Shown here: piece by piece, positions 46,942 to 56,791 of the stretch
Layout of the letters: each line of letters starts with the position of its first letter
How positions within the stretch are numbered: the stretch's first letter is position 1
DNA from: Candidatus Poriferisodalis sp.
GTDB taxonomy: Bacteria; Actinomycetota; Acidimicrobiia; Acidimicrobiales; Poriferisodalaceae
Direction: 5' to 3'
Assembly: GCF_965237655.1 (NCBI RefSeq)
Contig: NZ_CBDEGB010000001.1
Span: 756,033-820,032, forward strand
DNA length: 64,000 bases
Translations under genes and position numbers: made by a program
The notes under the pieces: model-generated
What the model saw: the letters and a program-made list of their open reading frames with translations, nothing else
What the model was told of the DNA's origin: nothing
Databases searched by the model: none

Positions 46942-47967
46942 ATGATTAGTTCCAAGGGTCTAGTGGTCGTAGGCGGTGAGTGAGCGGCTGGGGCGTGTTC
47001 GGTGGTAGGTCTCGTTGTGCCAGATGGCGGCGGTGAGGGCGAGGAGGCGGGTGCCGATGCGCACGGCGACGCCGGAGCGGGTGCGGCCTTTGTGGCGTTC
47101 GAGGCTGAGTTGGCCTTTGAGGGTCTGGTTGATCGATTCGATGATCTGGCGCAGGGGCCGCAGGAACTTTGCGCCGGGCCGTGGGGCCTCGGAGCGGGTG
47201 GCGGGGCGCAGCAGGGTGATGCCGACGTCGTTGAGGTCGGCTTCGAACGCTTTGGAGCGGTAGCGGTTGTCGGCGATGAGGGTCTGGCCCGGCCGGGCGA
47301 TCCGGGCCGCGGCGATCATGTCCGCGCAGACCTCGCGTTCGTCGGCTTTCGCGCCGGCGAGCGCGAACGCGATCGGCAGCCCCGCCGGGGTGGCGACAAG
47401 GTGCAGCCGCAGACCCCAGAAGTACCGCGAATGCGACGCGCACCAGCCGTATTGGGCCCATCGGGCGAGGTCAGAGCGCTTTTGGGTCTCGCGGCTTCGG
47501 CCGCACTCGACCGGGGTGGAGTCCACCAGCCACACGTCGTCGTGCCAGGACTCGCACTCGCGTGCGAGACATCCCATGACATGAGCGATCATCTCGGCGC
47601 TGCGCCGCAGCCGCTTGTTGTACCCGTCGCGGTTCGCCAGATAGGGGAACCACGGCCCCAGATGCGCGTGGGCGTAGCGCATGAACTGCGACTCGTTGTC
47701 ATAGCCCAGCAGCGCCGAGATCACCGCCAAGCCGGCCAGCTCCGCGTCCGACAGCTTCGGGGCGAACCCCACCACAGGCCGCCGCGGCGCCCACCCAGGG
47801 TTCTGTGCCAACAGGTCATCGATCCTCACATACAGTGCGGTCGCGAGGGTGTCCAAGTCCGGGCCCATGCTGAGAACCTCCAAGATCGAAGCGTGAATAC
47901 ACACCCCGAGCTTGGACACCCTCACCCCACAACCGGTGGACCCGACCCCTTGGAACTAATCATCTAG
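46938..47967 (-). mobile_element. IS982-family insertion sequence (about 1.03 kb)
   Basis: 21-bp perfect IRs. CTAGATGATTAGTTCCAAGGG (46938-46958) and CCCTTGGAACTAATCATCTAG (47947-47967). Confidence 0.85.
46960..47868 (-). CDS. IS982-family transposase
   Basis: LDTLATALYVRIDDLL..., KLSDAELAGLAV, WLVDSTPVE and LIADNRY DDE blocks. The tracked ORF extends to 47925. Confidence 0.85.
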   Translation of the reverse strand: MGPDLDTLATALYVRIDDLLAQNPGWAPRRPVVGFAPKLSDAELAGLAVISALLGYDNESQFMRYAHAHLGPWFPYLANRDGYNKRLRRSAEMIAHVMGCLARECESWHDDVWLVDSTPVECGRSRETQKRSDLARWAQYGWCASHSRYFWGLRLHLVATPAGLPIAFALAGAKADEREVCADMIAAARIARPGQTLIADNRYRSKAFEADLNDVGITLLRPATRSEAPRPGAKFLRPLRQIIESINQTLKGQLSLERHKGRTRSGVAVRIGTRLLALTAAIWHNETYHRTRPSRSLTAYDH

Positions 47968-48206
47968 ACCCCGCAGCGAACAAGCCAGCCAGAGCGCGAC
48001 AGCGAGGGGGACCCGTTAGCCGGTCCAGTTCTCAGCGGGGTCGTTCGGGAGAGGTTTGATACGTCGGCGCAATGACGCTAGGTGCCTGACCGCTAGGTGT
48101 GATGGCGCTGGACCTCGCTGCGTTCGGCGTAGCGCCGGTCAGTGCGTCCCGATGCCCACGACGCAGGGCTACGCGGCGACCATCGACAGATTCACCGGCG
48201 AGGCTG

Positions 48207-48521
48207 CTAGCGCCGCTTTGCGCGTTTGTCGTCGGCTTCGATGAGGCGCATCACGAGGTTCTCGGTGGTCGTGTAGTCCTCGACGATGTGCTTCTTGGTC
48301 TTCCGGACCTTTGAGAACAGCGGACGGAAGTCCGTTTTCCACACGTCGTAGTACTTGAGGCATTGGCGTTCGGTGCCGAACATCTGCCCGTAGTCGACGC
48401 AGACCAGAGCGTGGGTGATCTGCTTGCGCCGTCCATTGGCTTCCTTGACTCGGTTGATCTGGTCAGGTGTGAGGGTCACCAGGACCATCGGCAGCTTCTT
48501 AGTTCCGGGCATCCGGGTCAC
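48207..48521 (-). CDS. Small basic hypothetical protein (last gene of the MoxR-VWA operon)
   Basis: 104-aa K/R-rich ORF, visibly lower GC than its surroundings, 62 nt downstream of the VWA gene. Confidence 0.4.
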   Translation of the reverse strand: MTRMPGTKKLPMVLVTLTPDQINRVKEANGRRKQITHALVCVDYGQMFGTERQCLKYYDVWKTDFRPLFSKVRKTKKHIVEDYTTTENLVMRLIEADDKRAKRR

Positions 48522-48583
48522 CTAAGCACACTCGGGCCGTGTGCGCTGGATCGGCGCCATGTCCATTTCGCTCTTGTCGGTAT

Positions 48584-49879
48584 TCAGATGATGTGGATGG
48601 TGCGCATCCAAGAAGGGACGTCTTCGGTTGGGGCGTTGTCACCGATGAGGGCGGCGATGACGGTGGGCCGTCCGGGTGGTGGCTGATCGGGCCAGGGTGT
48701 GTATCCGTCGGTGAGGACGATGATGGCGGTGGGCCGGGTTTGGGCGATGGTGTTGATGGCGGTTTCCATGTCGGTGCCGCCGCCTCCGTGCAGGGGCAGG
48801 TTGCGGGTGCCGGTGGTGCGCTGGTGGGCTTGGGTCTCGGTGTCGTAGGCGTAGTAGTCGATGTGGTGTCCGGGCACGACTTGTGTGCAGATGTTGTGGA
48901 TTTCTGCTGCGGCTTGTTGGTGTTCGTCGGTTTCCATGGAGCCTGAGGTGTCCATGATGACGGCGAGGTCGGGGATGGGTCGGGTGGTGGCGGGCCGCAG
49001 GATCTCGCCGTGCGCGGTGTTGGTGTTGGGTCGTCTGGGTGGTCGGGTCCAGGTGTAGTCGGCGTCGCCTGCGCGTTGGTAGGTGGCGCGGCGCAGCGCG
49101 GCGAGCAGGATGCGGCGCCAGTCGACTTGGGGGCGGAGTTGCTGGTCGGCCCAGCGCAGGAGGCTGTCGGGGACGGTGTCGGGGTCGTTTTGTTCGTGGT
49201 CGAGGGCTGCTTGGGCGACGCGTCGGCACAGCATGCGTTCTTGGGTGCTGGTGGGTGTGCCGGTGTCTGGTGGGGGTTCCCACCAGGGGGTGATTCCGGT
49301 GGCTGCGGAGCCGCAGTCGGCGTCGATGCGGTGGATGTCGCCGGTTCTGGGGTCGCCCCATGCGATGGTGCCGTTGTCGGGGTCGATGCGGTCGCTGTGG
49401 AGAATATGGCGGTAGTAGGTCTCGGCGGTCTGGGAGACGGGGTAGTGCATGTCCCATGGCCCGGGCCAGTGGTCGGGCAGTTCGGCAGTGTTGTAGGGGA
49501 GGCCGTCGATGAGGTCGTCGTTGATCTCGCAGTCTGCGGCGAGGTTCCATGCGTGTGTGTGCAGCGGGTTGTTGACGGCGCGTCGGGCGCGTTGGTGGTG
49601 GCCGCGCAGGGCGTGGTTGAGGACGTGCATGAGCTCGACTGCGGTCTGGTCGACGGTGAGGGTGTTGATGTGATCGGGGTTGGCCCAGATGCGCCAGCTG
49701 GTGTCGATGGCGACGGTGTCGATGTGGCCGGTGGTGTGCAGCGGGCAGCGGAACAGCGCGGTCATGTAATACGGGCAGTGGGACGCGATCCAGTAGCGGG
49801 CGGCGCGCATGCGCCGCAGCGCGGCCTGCTGGGCTGCTGTCGAATCGTCGGGATTGTCGTAGTCGTGGTGTGTGCTCAT
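48584..49879 (-). CDS. DUF2201-type protein: metallopeptidase-like N-domain plus VWA domain
   Basis: ELMHVLNHALRGH is an HExxH-like position with the Glu replaced. MIDAS VIMDTSGSM. ...GGGGTDM...VLTDGY. The ATG at 49877-49879 overlaps the MoxR stop (ATGA). The upstream 214 aa of the tracked ORF is an out-of-frame shadow of the MoxR gene. Confidence 0.8.
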   Translation of the reverse strand: MSTHHDYDNPDDSTAAQQAALRRMRAARYWIASHCPYYMTALFRCPLHTTGHIDTVAIDTSWRIWANPDHINTLTVDQTAVELMHVLNHALRGHHQRARRAVNNPLHTHAWNLAADCEINDDLIDGLPYNTAELPDHWPGPWDMHYPVSQTAETYYRHILHSDRIDPDNGTIAWGDPRTGDIHRIDADCGSAATGITPWWEPPPDTGTPTSTQERMLCRRVAQAALDHEQNDPDTVPDSLLRWADQQLRPQVDWRRILLAALRRATYQRAGDADYTWTRPPRRPNTNTAHGEILRPATTRPIPDLAVIMDTSGSMETDEHQQAAAEIHNICTQVVPGHHIDYYAYDTETQAHQRTTGTRNLPLHGGGGTDMETAINTIAQTRPTAIIVLTDGYTPWPDQPPPGRPTVIAALIGDNAPTEDVPSWMRTIHII

Positions 49880-51012
49880 GTGCCGGGCTCGGGGTTGTTG
49901 TGGGGGTCGAGGAGTTCGAGGAACACGTTGTTGAGGAGTTCGTGGCCTTCGGGGAGGCGTGCTTTGGGGGGCCGGATAGCGGCGAAGGTGCGTGCTGCGG
50001 TCATGGCGATGTCGGGTGCGTGCTGTCGGGCTGCTGCGACGCACACTTCGAAGCCTTTGGCCCATCGTGCGGGGGTGTTGTGCTCGGTGACCGCGGCGGC
50101 GACGGCGTGCAGGCACGCGAGCTGCTGATCGGAGCGTTCGGGAAGTCGCAGCGACGCGGGCTCGGCGAGGAGCGCTTCGGGGTCGGGCAGGTCGAGCTCT
50201 GCGAGGAATGTCAGGTATTCCGCTGCGGCGGCGGTGCCCAGCAGCGCTTCGGCGACGAGTTCGTGCACGTCGGGATTGGCACCGGCGGTGTCGGCTGCGG
50301 CGAGGCAGGTGGCGGTGCGTTCCCAGGTGCGCGGCGACGGCCATCCTTGTTCGCCGCTGTCGTCGGACACGCTGGTGCTGTGGGGCACGGCGCACAGCAG
50401 TTCGCTGCGGCGTCGCATGAACGCGGTCTGCATCGCCCGATGGAACGACACCCGCCCAGGGTCCGGGTCGCCGATCTTGAGCGGCTCGGGAACGGGCCAG
50501 CCGCCGAGGTGCCCAGCTGCCCATTCATCGACGCCCAATGGCCACCTGAGGTGTGCGAACCGGTTCGCGAGCGGCGCGGAGAGATCCCACGCCCCGGAGT
50601 TCTGCGACGGTGGGTTCGCTGCTGCGGCGAATCTGGCTTTGGCGCCGAGGTCGATGTCGCCGACTCGGCCGCTGAGCACGACGCGCATCAGTGCGTTCTG
50701 GGTGGCGGGGGTGGCGGTGTTGATCTCGTCGAAGAACACCAGCGTGTCGGAGTCGCGCTCGGCGACGCGTCGCGCCCATGCGGGGGGCTCGAGAATCACC
50801 CCGGCGGGGGTGCGCACCGGCAGCCCGCCGATGTCAGTGGGGTCATACAGCGACGCAACCACCGTCTCGGTCGCCCATCCTGCGGCTGCGGCGAACGCTT
50901 CCACGGTGACGGTTTTGCCGGTGCCCGGGTCGCCCCAGATCAGCACCGGGATGCGTGCTGCGAGCAGGATCTGCATCGCTTCGAGGGTGAGCCGCTGAGT
51001 CGTGTCGCTCAT
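49876..51012 (-). CDS. MoxR-like AAA+ ATPase (AAA_5)
   Basis: Walker A WGDPGTGKT, Walker B LVFFDEINTA and sensor/arginine block ANPP...LANRF. Confidence 0.85.
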   Translation of the reverse strand: MSDTTQRLTLEAMQILLAARIPVLIWGDPGTGKTVTVEAFAAAAGWATETVVASLYDPTDIGGLPVRTPAGVILEPPAWARRVAERDSDTLVFFDEINTATPATQNALMRVVLSGRVGDIDLGAKARFAAAANPPSQNSGAWDLSAPLANRFAHLRWPLGVDEWAAGHLGGWPVPEPLKIGDPDPGRVSFHRAMQTAFMRRRSELLCAVPHSTSVSDDSGEQGWPSPRTWERTATCLAAADTAGANPDVHELVAEALLGTAAAAEYLTFLAELDLPDPEALLAEPASLRLPERSDQQLACLHAVAAAVTEHNTPARWAKGFEVCVAAARQHAPDIAMTAARTFAAIRPPKARLPEGHELLNNVFLELLDPHNNPEPGT

Positions 51013-51115
51013 CGTTTTCTCCTTGCAAATTCAGTCGTCGTTGGAAGCCGCGAACGCTGCCACAGGGGTGTGACACACATCGCACCGAACCGGGACGGGG
51101 CCGTCGTTCGTGAGG

Positions 51116-52756
51116 TCACCGCTGTGTCCATCGGCGGCGGTCGGCGGGGCTCGTGCAGTTCTCGGGAGGCGGTCCGCAGACCGTCACGTATGCGTCCCCG
51201 ACCTGTTTGCGCAGTTCGGCGTCGAGCGCGTCGTTGTCCAACAGCGCCCCGAGCGTGTCGAGGTCCTCGTCGGATTGGGCACACTCAGCGATCGCCCGCA
51301 GCGCACCCAGGGGTGTGCGCAGGTTTCTCGCAGTCGCTTCGCGAACGTGCCGATGCGGGTCCGTGGCCAGACGCTCCAGCAGCCTGACGGGGGTTTCGGG
51401 CATCCCCGCAGCGATCAGGCGGGCCCACCAGTGACTGTCGCACGCGAGACGCTCGGCTACACCGGCCATGTCGGTGCGGTCGGTGGCGGGGTTCGCTGCG
51501 GCCTCGGCCGCCGCTTGGCTGTCGGGGTCCTCGCACAGCCCCCGCAGCACCCCCGGCGGTGTCGCACAGTTCGCGGCGACCCGGCGCCGCACCAACACCA
51601 CACGGTCCCTCGACAGCCGTTCCAGCACTACTGGGGGCGTGGCGTGGTTCGCTGAGGCGGCGGCGCGCACCGACCTGTGCGGATCAGCCGCGAGCGCGTC
51701 GAGCAGCCTCGCCGGCGAAGCGGGGTTCGCGGCGACCGCGACGCGCACCTCTGTGTCGAGGCTCGGGGCGAGCGCTTCGAGGACCCGCACCGGCGCACGA
51801 GGCGCCCGACCGACCGTGGCTCGCACCGTCGGGTCGCTGTGGGAAGCCAGATCGCGCAGCAGCCGTGCTGGCGCACGCGGATGCATCGCGGCAAAGATCT
51901 GCTGGAACACCTCCGCGCTGCCCCCACGCCACGTCTGCCTCGCATAGAACTCCTCCACCCGCCCCACCGCAGCCTCGGCGACCAGCCAGGCGGGCGTGGA
52001 CGGGTTCTGCAGCACCCGCAGCCGAACGCACACATCGTCGAAACTGTGAGCCGTCTTGCAGCCCAACTTCTTGAGCGCTTCGACCGGGGTAGAGGGGTTC
52101 ACCGCCACTAGATCGCGAATCTGCCGATCGCGCTCGCCAGCCAGCTCGCCCAAACGTCGCGGGTCCGCATCCGGGTCCGTGGCTGTGGCCACATCCCGGA
52201 AACGCCGATCGGAATGCGCGGCCATCGTGTCGAAGAACCCCGCACCGAGCCGCTGCCCGACCTGCGTGTCGAACTCCCAGCGGCCCTCGCCCGTCCAGTT
52301 GGACCAGCCCGGCAGCCGCCACGGCGTGCGCCACAACGCACGCTCCAGCCGCTTCGCGAGCACCCACGACACGAACTCCCACGCCGCGTCGCTGCCCAGA
52401 TGCGCGCACGCCACCGCCAACGCGTCACGCTCATCGAACGCCAAATGCCAATATCCATACGGTCGGCGGATCCACAGCCACGCCAGCCGGCGAACCAGGC
52501 CGCTGAGCTGATCAGGGCGCACCAGACTCGCATTCAGCGCCGCCGTGACACCCCGCGCACGTCCCAGCGCCTCATTGGGCTGCCCCAAGGTCTCAAGCAG
52601 TGCCGTCTCCGAAGCCAAAACCTCCTCGTCGACCACAGCCCACACGCCGGCCCGCCGCTCCAAGACGACCTCGACGCCGTCCAGCATCACTCGGCGAACC
52701 AGATCGCCCTGCGGCCACACCACGACCCGGCGCTTGCTCATGTTTGTCCCAGACAT
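51116..52756 (-). CDS. Leucine-rich-variant / HEAT-like repeat protein
   Basis: At least six repeats of the NP(S/A)TPxxxLxxLAxDxxxxVRxxVAxN type in the C-terminal 330 aa. First gene of the operon. Confidence 0.65.
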   Translation of the reverse strand: MSGTNMSKRRVVVWPQGDLVRRVMLDGVEVVLERRAGVWAVVDEEVLASETALLETLGQPNEALGRARGVTAALNASLVRPDQLSGLVRRLAWLWIRRPYGYWHLAFDERDALAVACAHLGSDAAWEFVSWVLAKRLERALWRTPWRLPGWSNWTGEGRWEFDTQVGQRLGAGFFDTMAAHSDRRFRDVATATDPDADPRRLGELAGERDRQIRDLVAVNPSTPVEALKKLGCKTAHSFDDVCVRLRVLQNPSTPAWLVAEAAVGRVEEFYARQTWRGGSAEVFQQIFAAMHPRAPARLLRDLASHSDPTVRATVGRAPRAPVRVLEALAPSLDTEVRVAVAANPASPARLLDALAADPHRSVRAAASANHATPPVVLERLSRDRVVLVRRRVAANCATPPGVLRGLCEDPDSQAAAEAAANPATDRTDMAGVAERLACDSHWWARLIAAGMPETPVRLLERLATDPHRHVREATARNLRTPLGALRAIAECAQSDEDLDTLGALLDNDALDAELRKQVGDAYVTVCGPPPENCTSPADRRRWTQR

Positions 52757-53293
52757 GGCCGCGACCCTCGCGAAGGGGTGTCACAAACATCCAACCTCGC
52801 CGCCGCGAAAGCTCGCCGCGGACACGCCACGACCCACCGGTCCAGGACCGCACATCTCGCCAACGAATGTCACACGCGCGGTCCCAGCTGCCGAGCAGAA
52901 CCGCCCAAGGCCCCTCTTCGCATCGCCGTCGTGGGAATCCGCCGACAGCTTCCCAACCCATTCCCGCGGTCGGTCTCGGCCCGAAATCACTCGCTGTGCG
53001 TCACACCCCACCTCTACGGTGCGATGCAACCCCAGAGCCCGCATCCGCGCCCGAGCGGACCCCCAGCCGTGGTGCGCGGCGGCGCAGCCGAAAAGACGAC
53101 CCTGCCTGAATGCGAGCCTTACGAGTTCACAACTGAACACGCGTGGGACGACATCGCCGCGCTCAGCCCTGACGCGGCGGGGCAGTTTGGGCGAGTGGCT
53201 GAAGTCGCATGTGAGCTTCATGAATTGCCTTCTCAATCTCCCACGGCGTCGCACTTGCCGAAGCGGCCGCCGAGGGCAAGATCGTCGCCTTCG

Positions 53294-54085
53294 ATGAGCG
53301 TCACTGCTTCTGCCCAGCGAATGCAGACGGCTCCCCGTGAACTGACTCGGCTGGGAATGGCATTCTTGACCGCCGCCGACGAGTTCGCAGGGGTGGTTGT
53401 GTCTGACGATGCCTGGGCGGCGGATCCAGAGACGTGGATTCCGAGGCAGAGTTTCAGGCTCTCGCTGTCGAACATGCTGGTCATCCAGGCCGGGCTTGAG
53501 GGAACTCTCAGCAAGGCCCTAATGCCGTTCGCTGCGCGCGTGCTTCTTGAGGACGGAGCTAGATGGGCTGCGCTGCTGCCCGATGCGACTCAGGCCGGAC
53601 CGGGCGAGACCCTGAAGGCGCTGGTCAAAAACGCAACTTGGCGCCGAGACAGAATCGCCGAACGCCTTAGTTCTGAGGGGGTGCCGCAGCACTTGATCGA
53701 CGATGTGCTTGGAGCAGCGCTAGCAATCCCGCAACCCGAACCGCCGGCGCAACCGCCGCCGAGCCTGGACCAGATGCTGCAATCCGCGTACGCGAACGCG
53801 TCCGGTGTCGACTCCGCCCGGGCGATGTACGCCGTGCTGTCACAGTTCGTGCACGCCACGCCCATCTCGAACTGGCACATTCGCCGCGACACCTTCCCGT
53901 CGTTGACAGCACTCATTTACGCCGTCTCGATCGAGGCGGCAGCCCGCGGATTTGAGCGGATCGCCTCGATCACCGCAGTACTGGTCGGTGTCAACTCAGC
54001 GGCTCTGGAAGCGTCCCTGAACGAGCTCCGGGCGCGACGCACAGCGATTTTGCAAGGTGCGTTCATCTACCACGCGCTCGGTTAG
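53294..54085 (+). CDS. Hypothetical helical protein (possibly DUF5677-like)
   Basis: 263 aa from the ATG at 53294. The long upstream part of the tracked ORF 52214-54085 is the antisense shadow of the LRV gene. ...YAVLSQFVHATP... Confidence 0.4.
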   Translation: MSVTASAQRMQTAPRELTRLGMAFLTAADEFAGVVVSDDAWAADPETWIPRQSFRLSLSNMLVIQAGLEGTLSKALMPFAARVLLEDGARWAALLPDATQAGPGETLKALVKNATWRRDRIAERLSSEGVPQHLIDDVLGAALAIPQPEPPAQPPPSLDQMLQSAYANASGVDSARAMYAVLSQFVHATPISNWHIRRDTFPSLTALIYAVSIEAAARGFERIASITAVLVGVNSAALEASLNELRARRTAILQGAFIYHALG

Positions 54086-54234
54086 GCGCGACAGCGCGGT
54101 AGGGGCGACTGCGGGAGTTCAGGCGGGTTGAGAAGGCAGACGTGGACGCGCCGTAGGAGACGTGCGGATGCTCCCTACATTGGGACGTCCGGTATGGCCA
54201 GCGATTGCATTGGTCCTCTGGCCGACAAGGAGGA

Positions 54235-55080
54235 GTGGTGGGAGTCGCCGATCCAGCTGGAGCGCTCGACGTGGCGCAGAAGTTCATAGGGCTCCTTGAG
54301 GAGCACAAGCGATGCTTCGACCAGATCGACTCCTTCGAGGACCTATGGGCGGACGCCAAGGGTGATCACGGCAACGCGCAGGAACCGTTGCGCGAGCGAC
54401 GAGACGATCTCAATGTGGCGATCTGGCGACGACTTCCCTTGGTAGAGGGCATCGCCAAGCAGGTTGACCCCGACTTCACGAACGCGTCGTTTCAGGAAGG
54501 CGCTAGAGGAACCCTGTGGTCTTGGCGCGAGGCGCACGCGTCAGCTCATCGGCTCGTCGGCATCCTTGAACGAACTACAGAAGAAGCCGCGATCTTGGGT
54601 CCCGGCGGCCCGAAGCTCGCAGCCGGGGGAATGCACAAGTGGGTCTGGAACGCAGCAGCAGACCTCTGGGACGGCGAGCATTACAGAGAGGCAGTCAATG
54701 CTGCCGCGGCGGCCGTGGAGCAACACACCCAGCTCAAGCTCGATCGGGGCGACCTAAACGGCGCTGATCTGTACACGCAAGCGTTCAAGGTCGACAAACC
54801 GGACGCCCAACCAGACAGCCGCCGGCTGCGCTTCGGGAACATCCAAGAGCGGACTTCCAACGGCGAACGGACCAAGAATTGGACATCGGCGCACGAGGGC
54901 GCGATGCACTTCGGTCGGGGTTGTGCACAAGGAATCCGAAACCTGAACGTGCACGGCACAGACAGACTCAACGAACAAGAGGCGCTGGGATACCTCGCTT
55001 CACTGAGCGTGCTGGCACGCTGGATCGATGACGCTGAGGTCCGCGAGCCAGCACAGCCGACTCAGCCCACGACACTCTGA
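54235..55080 (+). CDS. TIGR02391-family protein
   Basis: MHKWVWNAAADLWDGEHYREAVNAAAAAVEQHT...GADLYTQAF...GIRNLNVHG...EQEALGYLASLSVLARWID matches the family pattern. AAGGAGG sits directly upstream of GTG 54235/54238. Confidence 0.6.
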   Translation: MVGVADPAGALDVAQKFIGLLEEHKRCFDQIDSFEDLWADAKGDHGNAQEPLRERRDDLNVAIWRRLPLVEGIAKQVDPDFTNASFQEGARGTLWSWREAHASAHRLVGILERTTEEAAILGPGGPKLAAGGMHKWVWNAAADLWDGEHYREAVNAAAAAVEQHTQLKLDRGDLNGADLYTQAFKVDKPDAQPDSRRLRFGNIQERTSNGERTKNWTSAHEGAMHFGRGCAQGIRNLNVHGTDRLNEQEALGYLASLSVLARWIDDAEVREPAQPTQPTTL

Positions 55081-55255
55081 CCAGCGGTGACCAACTGGGC
55101 GAGTTCCGGAGTTGGGGGCCGCGCATTCTACGATGCAAGCATGCAGCGCCCTGACCTAAGGCTTTGGGCTCTGGCACCAATTCCGCGGAGCCGTAGCCTC
55201 GAGTTGTCCCAGACTCGATGCGAATCCGGATTTTGCCGGACTGTCTCTCGACTGC

Positions 55256-56212
55256 TCAGAGTTCGCCGAGGACCGGCTCGACAGCACTCCGCAGTTTCCC
55301 CAGGGTGAGCACCATCCAGGCGTAGGCGTCTGGCCACTGGTCTTCGTCGTCGATGGTGATCTCGGCGGGGAAGTAGGCACTCACACGAGATGCCCGCCTG
55401 TCTTCGAGCGGTGACCATTCCAAAGGTTCGCCGCAAGCCGTCTCGATGTCTACGCTGCGCGCTTCGAGAGCCGAGTACAAGTCGGCCGTGGCGTCTTTGT
55501 CGCCGGTGTCGACGTATGCCTCGACACGCAGGCGCGGGGCTCCGTCCAGCCGACAGAACGAAACGCCGAACGCCACTCCTAGACGCCGCTTGAAGCTCAT
55601 CCACGAGTGCTTCGATGGCTTGCCCTGCCCGGCCCATCCTGGACTGTCCTCGCGGAACGCCGTCTGCGCCGCGGCCCAGAATCTGCGATAGAGCGCATTG
55701 CGCTCGCTGTCCTGGCGGTCCTTGGTCGCCCTGACGCTCTTAGACCAGTCGTCGGGCTGCACCACGACCTGCAGCTGCGGCGCAGGTATCGATTCGCCGA
55801 TGCGCCATATCTCCAGGGCAAGCCCGAAGAAACCGCAGTCCTCAGTCGAGACCGAGTTCAGCCAGTTCAGCGCGGAGCGGTGATCGGGGCGGAACTTCTC
55901 GGTCAGCAGCACGGCGTAGCTCGCCTTGAGGCCGGCCGCGTAGGTGATGAGCTTGCCGAGGTGGTCATGGTTCGTCGAGCCGTACATGTTCTCCACGACC
56001 ACGAGGCCGTCCGACGACAGGTCCCGCAGCACGAGGTCAGCGCTGAACTCGCCGACCTCGACCTCTCGGCCCTCCAGCTCGAGTTCCATCCCGAGGGCCT
56101 CGCTCAGCAGTTCGACATGCTCGGCCAGCCACGGCGTGAAGTCGCCGGCCTCGTCGGGCCACACATTGCGCACGGGGACATTCTCAAGTGTCCCGATCTC
56201 GTTCTCGCTCAT
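55256..56212 (-). CDS. DUF4268-type protein with a NucS/PD-(D/E)XK-like N-terminal nuclease fold
   Basis: WPDEAGDFTPWL...EVEVGEFSADLVLRD...VVVENMYGSTNHDHLGKLITYAA, then a DUF4268-like C-terminal half (ALYRRFW...). The ATG is codon 20 of the tracked ORF. Confidence 0.6.
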   Translation of the reverse strand: MSENEIGTLENVPVRNVWPDEAGDFTPWLAEHVELLSEALGMELELEGREVEVGEFSADLVLRDLSSDGLVVVENMYGSTNHDHLGKLITYAAGLKASYAVLLTEKFRPDHRSALNWLNSVSTEDCGFFGLALEIWRIGESIPAPQLQVVVQPDDWSKSVRATKDRQDSERNALYRRFWAAAQTAFREDSPGWAGQGKPSKHSWMSFKRRLGVAFGVSFCRLDGAPRLRVEAYVDTGDKDATADLYSALEARSVDIETACGEPLEWSPLEDRRASRVSAYFPAEITIDDEDQWPDAYAWMVLTLGKLRSAVEPVLGEL

Positions 56213-56791
56213 CGACGCCCCCTCGCCCGGTCGCGTGTCCTGTCCCGCGAAACGAAGTTGCGAGACCAACTCGGCAGGGCCAGATCTTGCGACTGTCTAG
56301 TACGTTGACCGCAGCGGTGCGTCCCAAGATGAGAAGTACTTCGCCGCAGCAAGCCAGTCTTGAGAGCCGTCAGCGCAGCACCCTGATCAGGGCATACCGT
56401 CCAAACACGTTCCAGAATCGACGTTCGCACGTTCCCCGCCCATTCAACACGGAGCTGTGACTCGGGGCACATCTCAATAACGCTGACCCAATTGGGAGTC
56501 GGTTGTGGCCCCAATCTGAGATCGCCCCGCGCTCCGACCGGCAGTTCTGGCATAGACGCGTTCCACGGCGTTGCAACCTCGAGATCACTACCAGGCAGGA
56601 CGCAGTTTCGCGCACGTCCCGGGCGATCCCGAATCGGCCTGCGGGTGCATATACCCAATGGGAGCACGGCGAACGCCCCCTGTTGCTGCGGGTAGGACCA
56701 CCTCAAGGACAACGTTAGGAACCAACGTTCTTTCTGTGTTCCGGTAGCGTCACTTGGTGCCGCCTAGTTTCGCTTCAGCCGGAGGGATCGG

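Noticed and set aside
48584-50524. 646-aa version of the VWA gene
   Set aside because: Residues 1-214 are R/P-rich and overlap the MoxR gene in another frame. The ATG at 49879, overlapping the MoxR stop, gives the family-typical 432-aa protein.
52214-53293. Long N-terminal part of the 623-aa plus-strand ORF
   Set aside because: It is antisense to the LRV-repeat gene up to 52756, then runs through the divergent intergenic region with P/R-rich composition. Only the segment from ATG 53294 looks protein-like.
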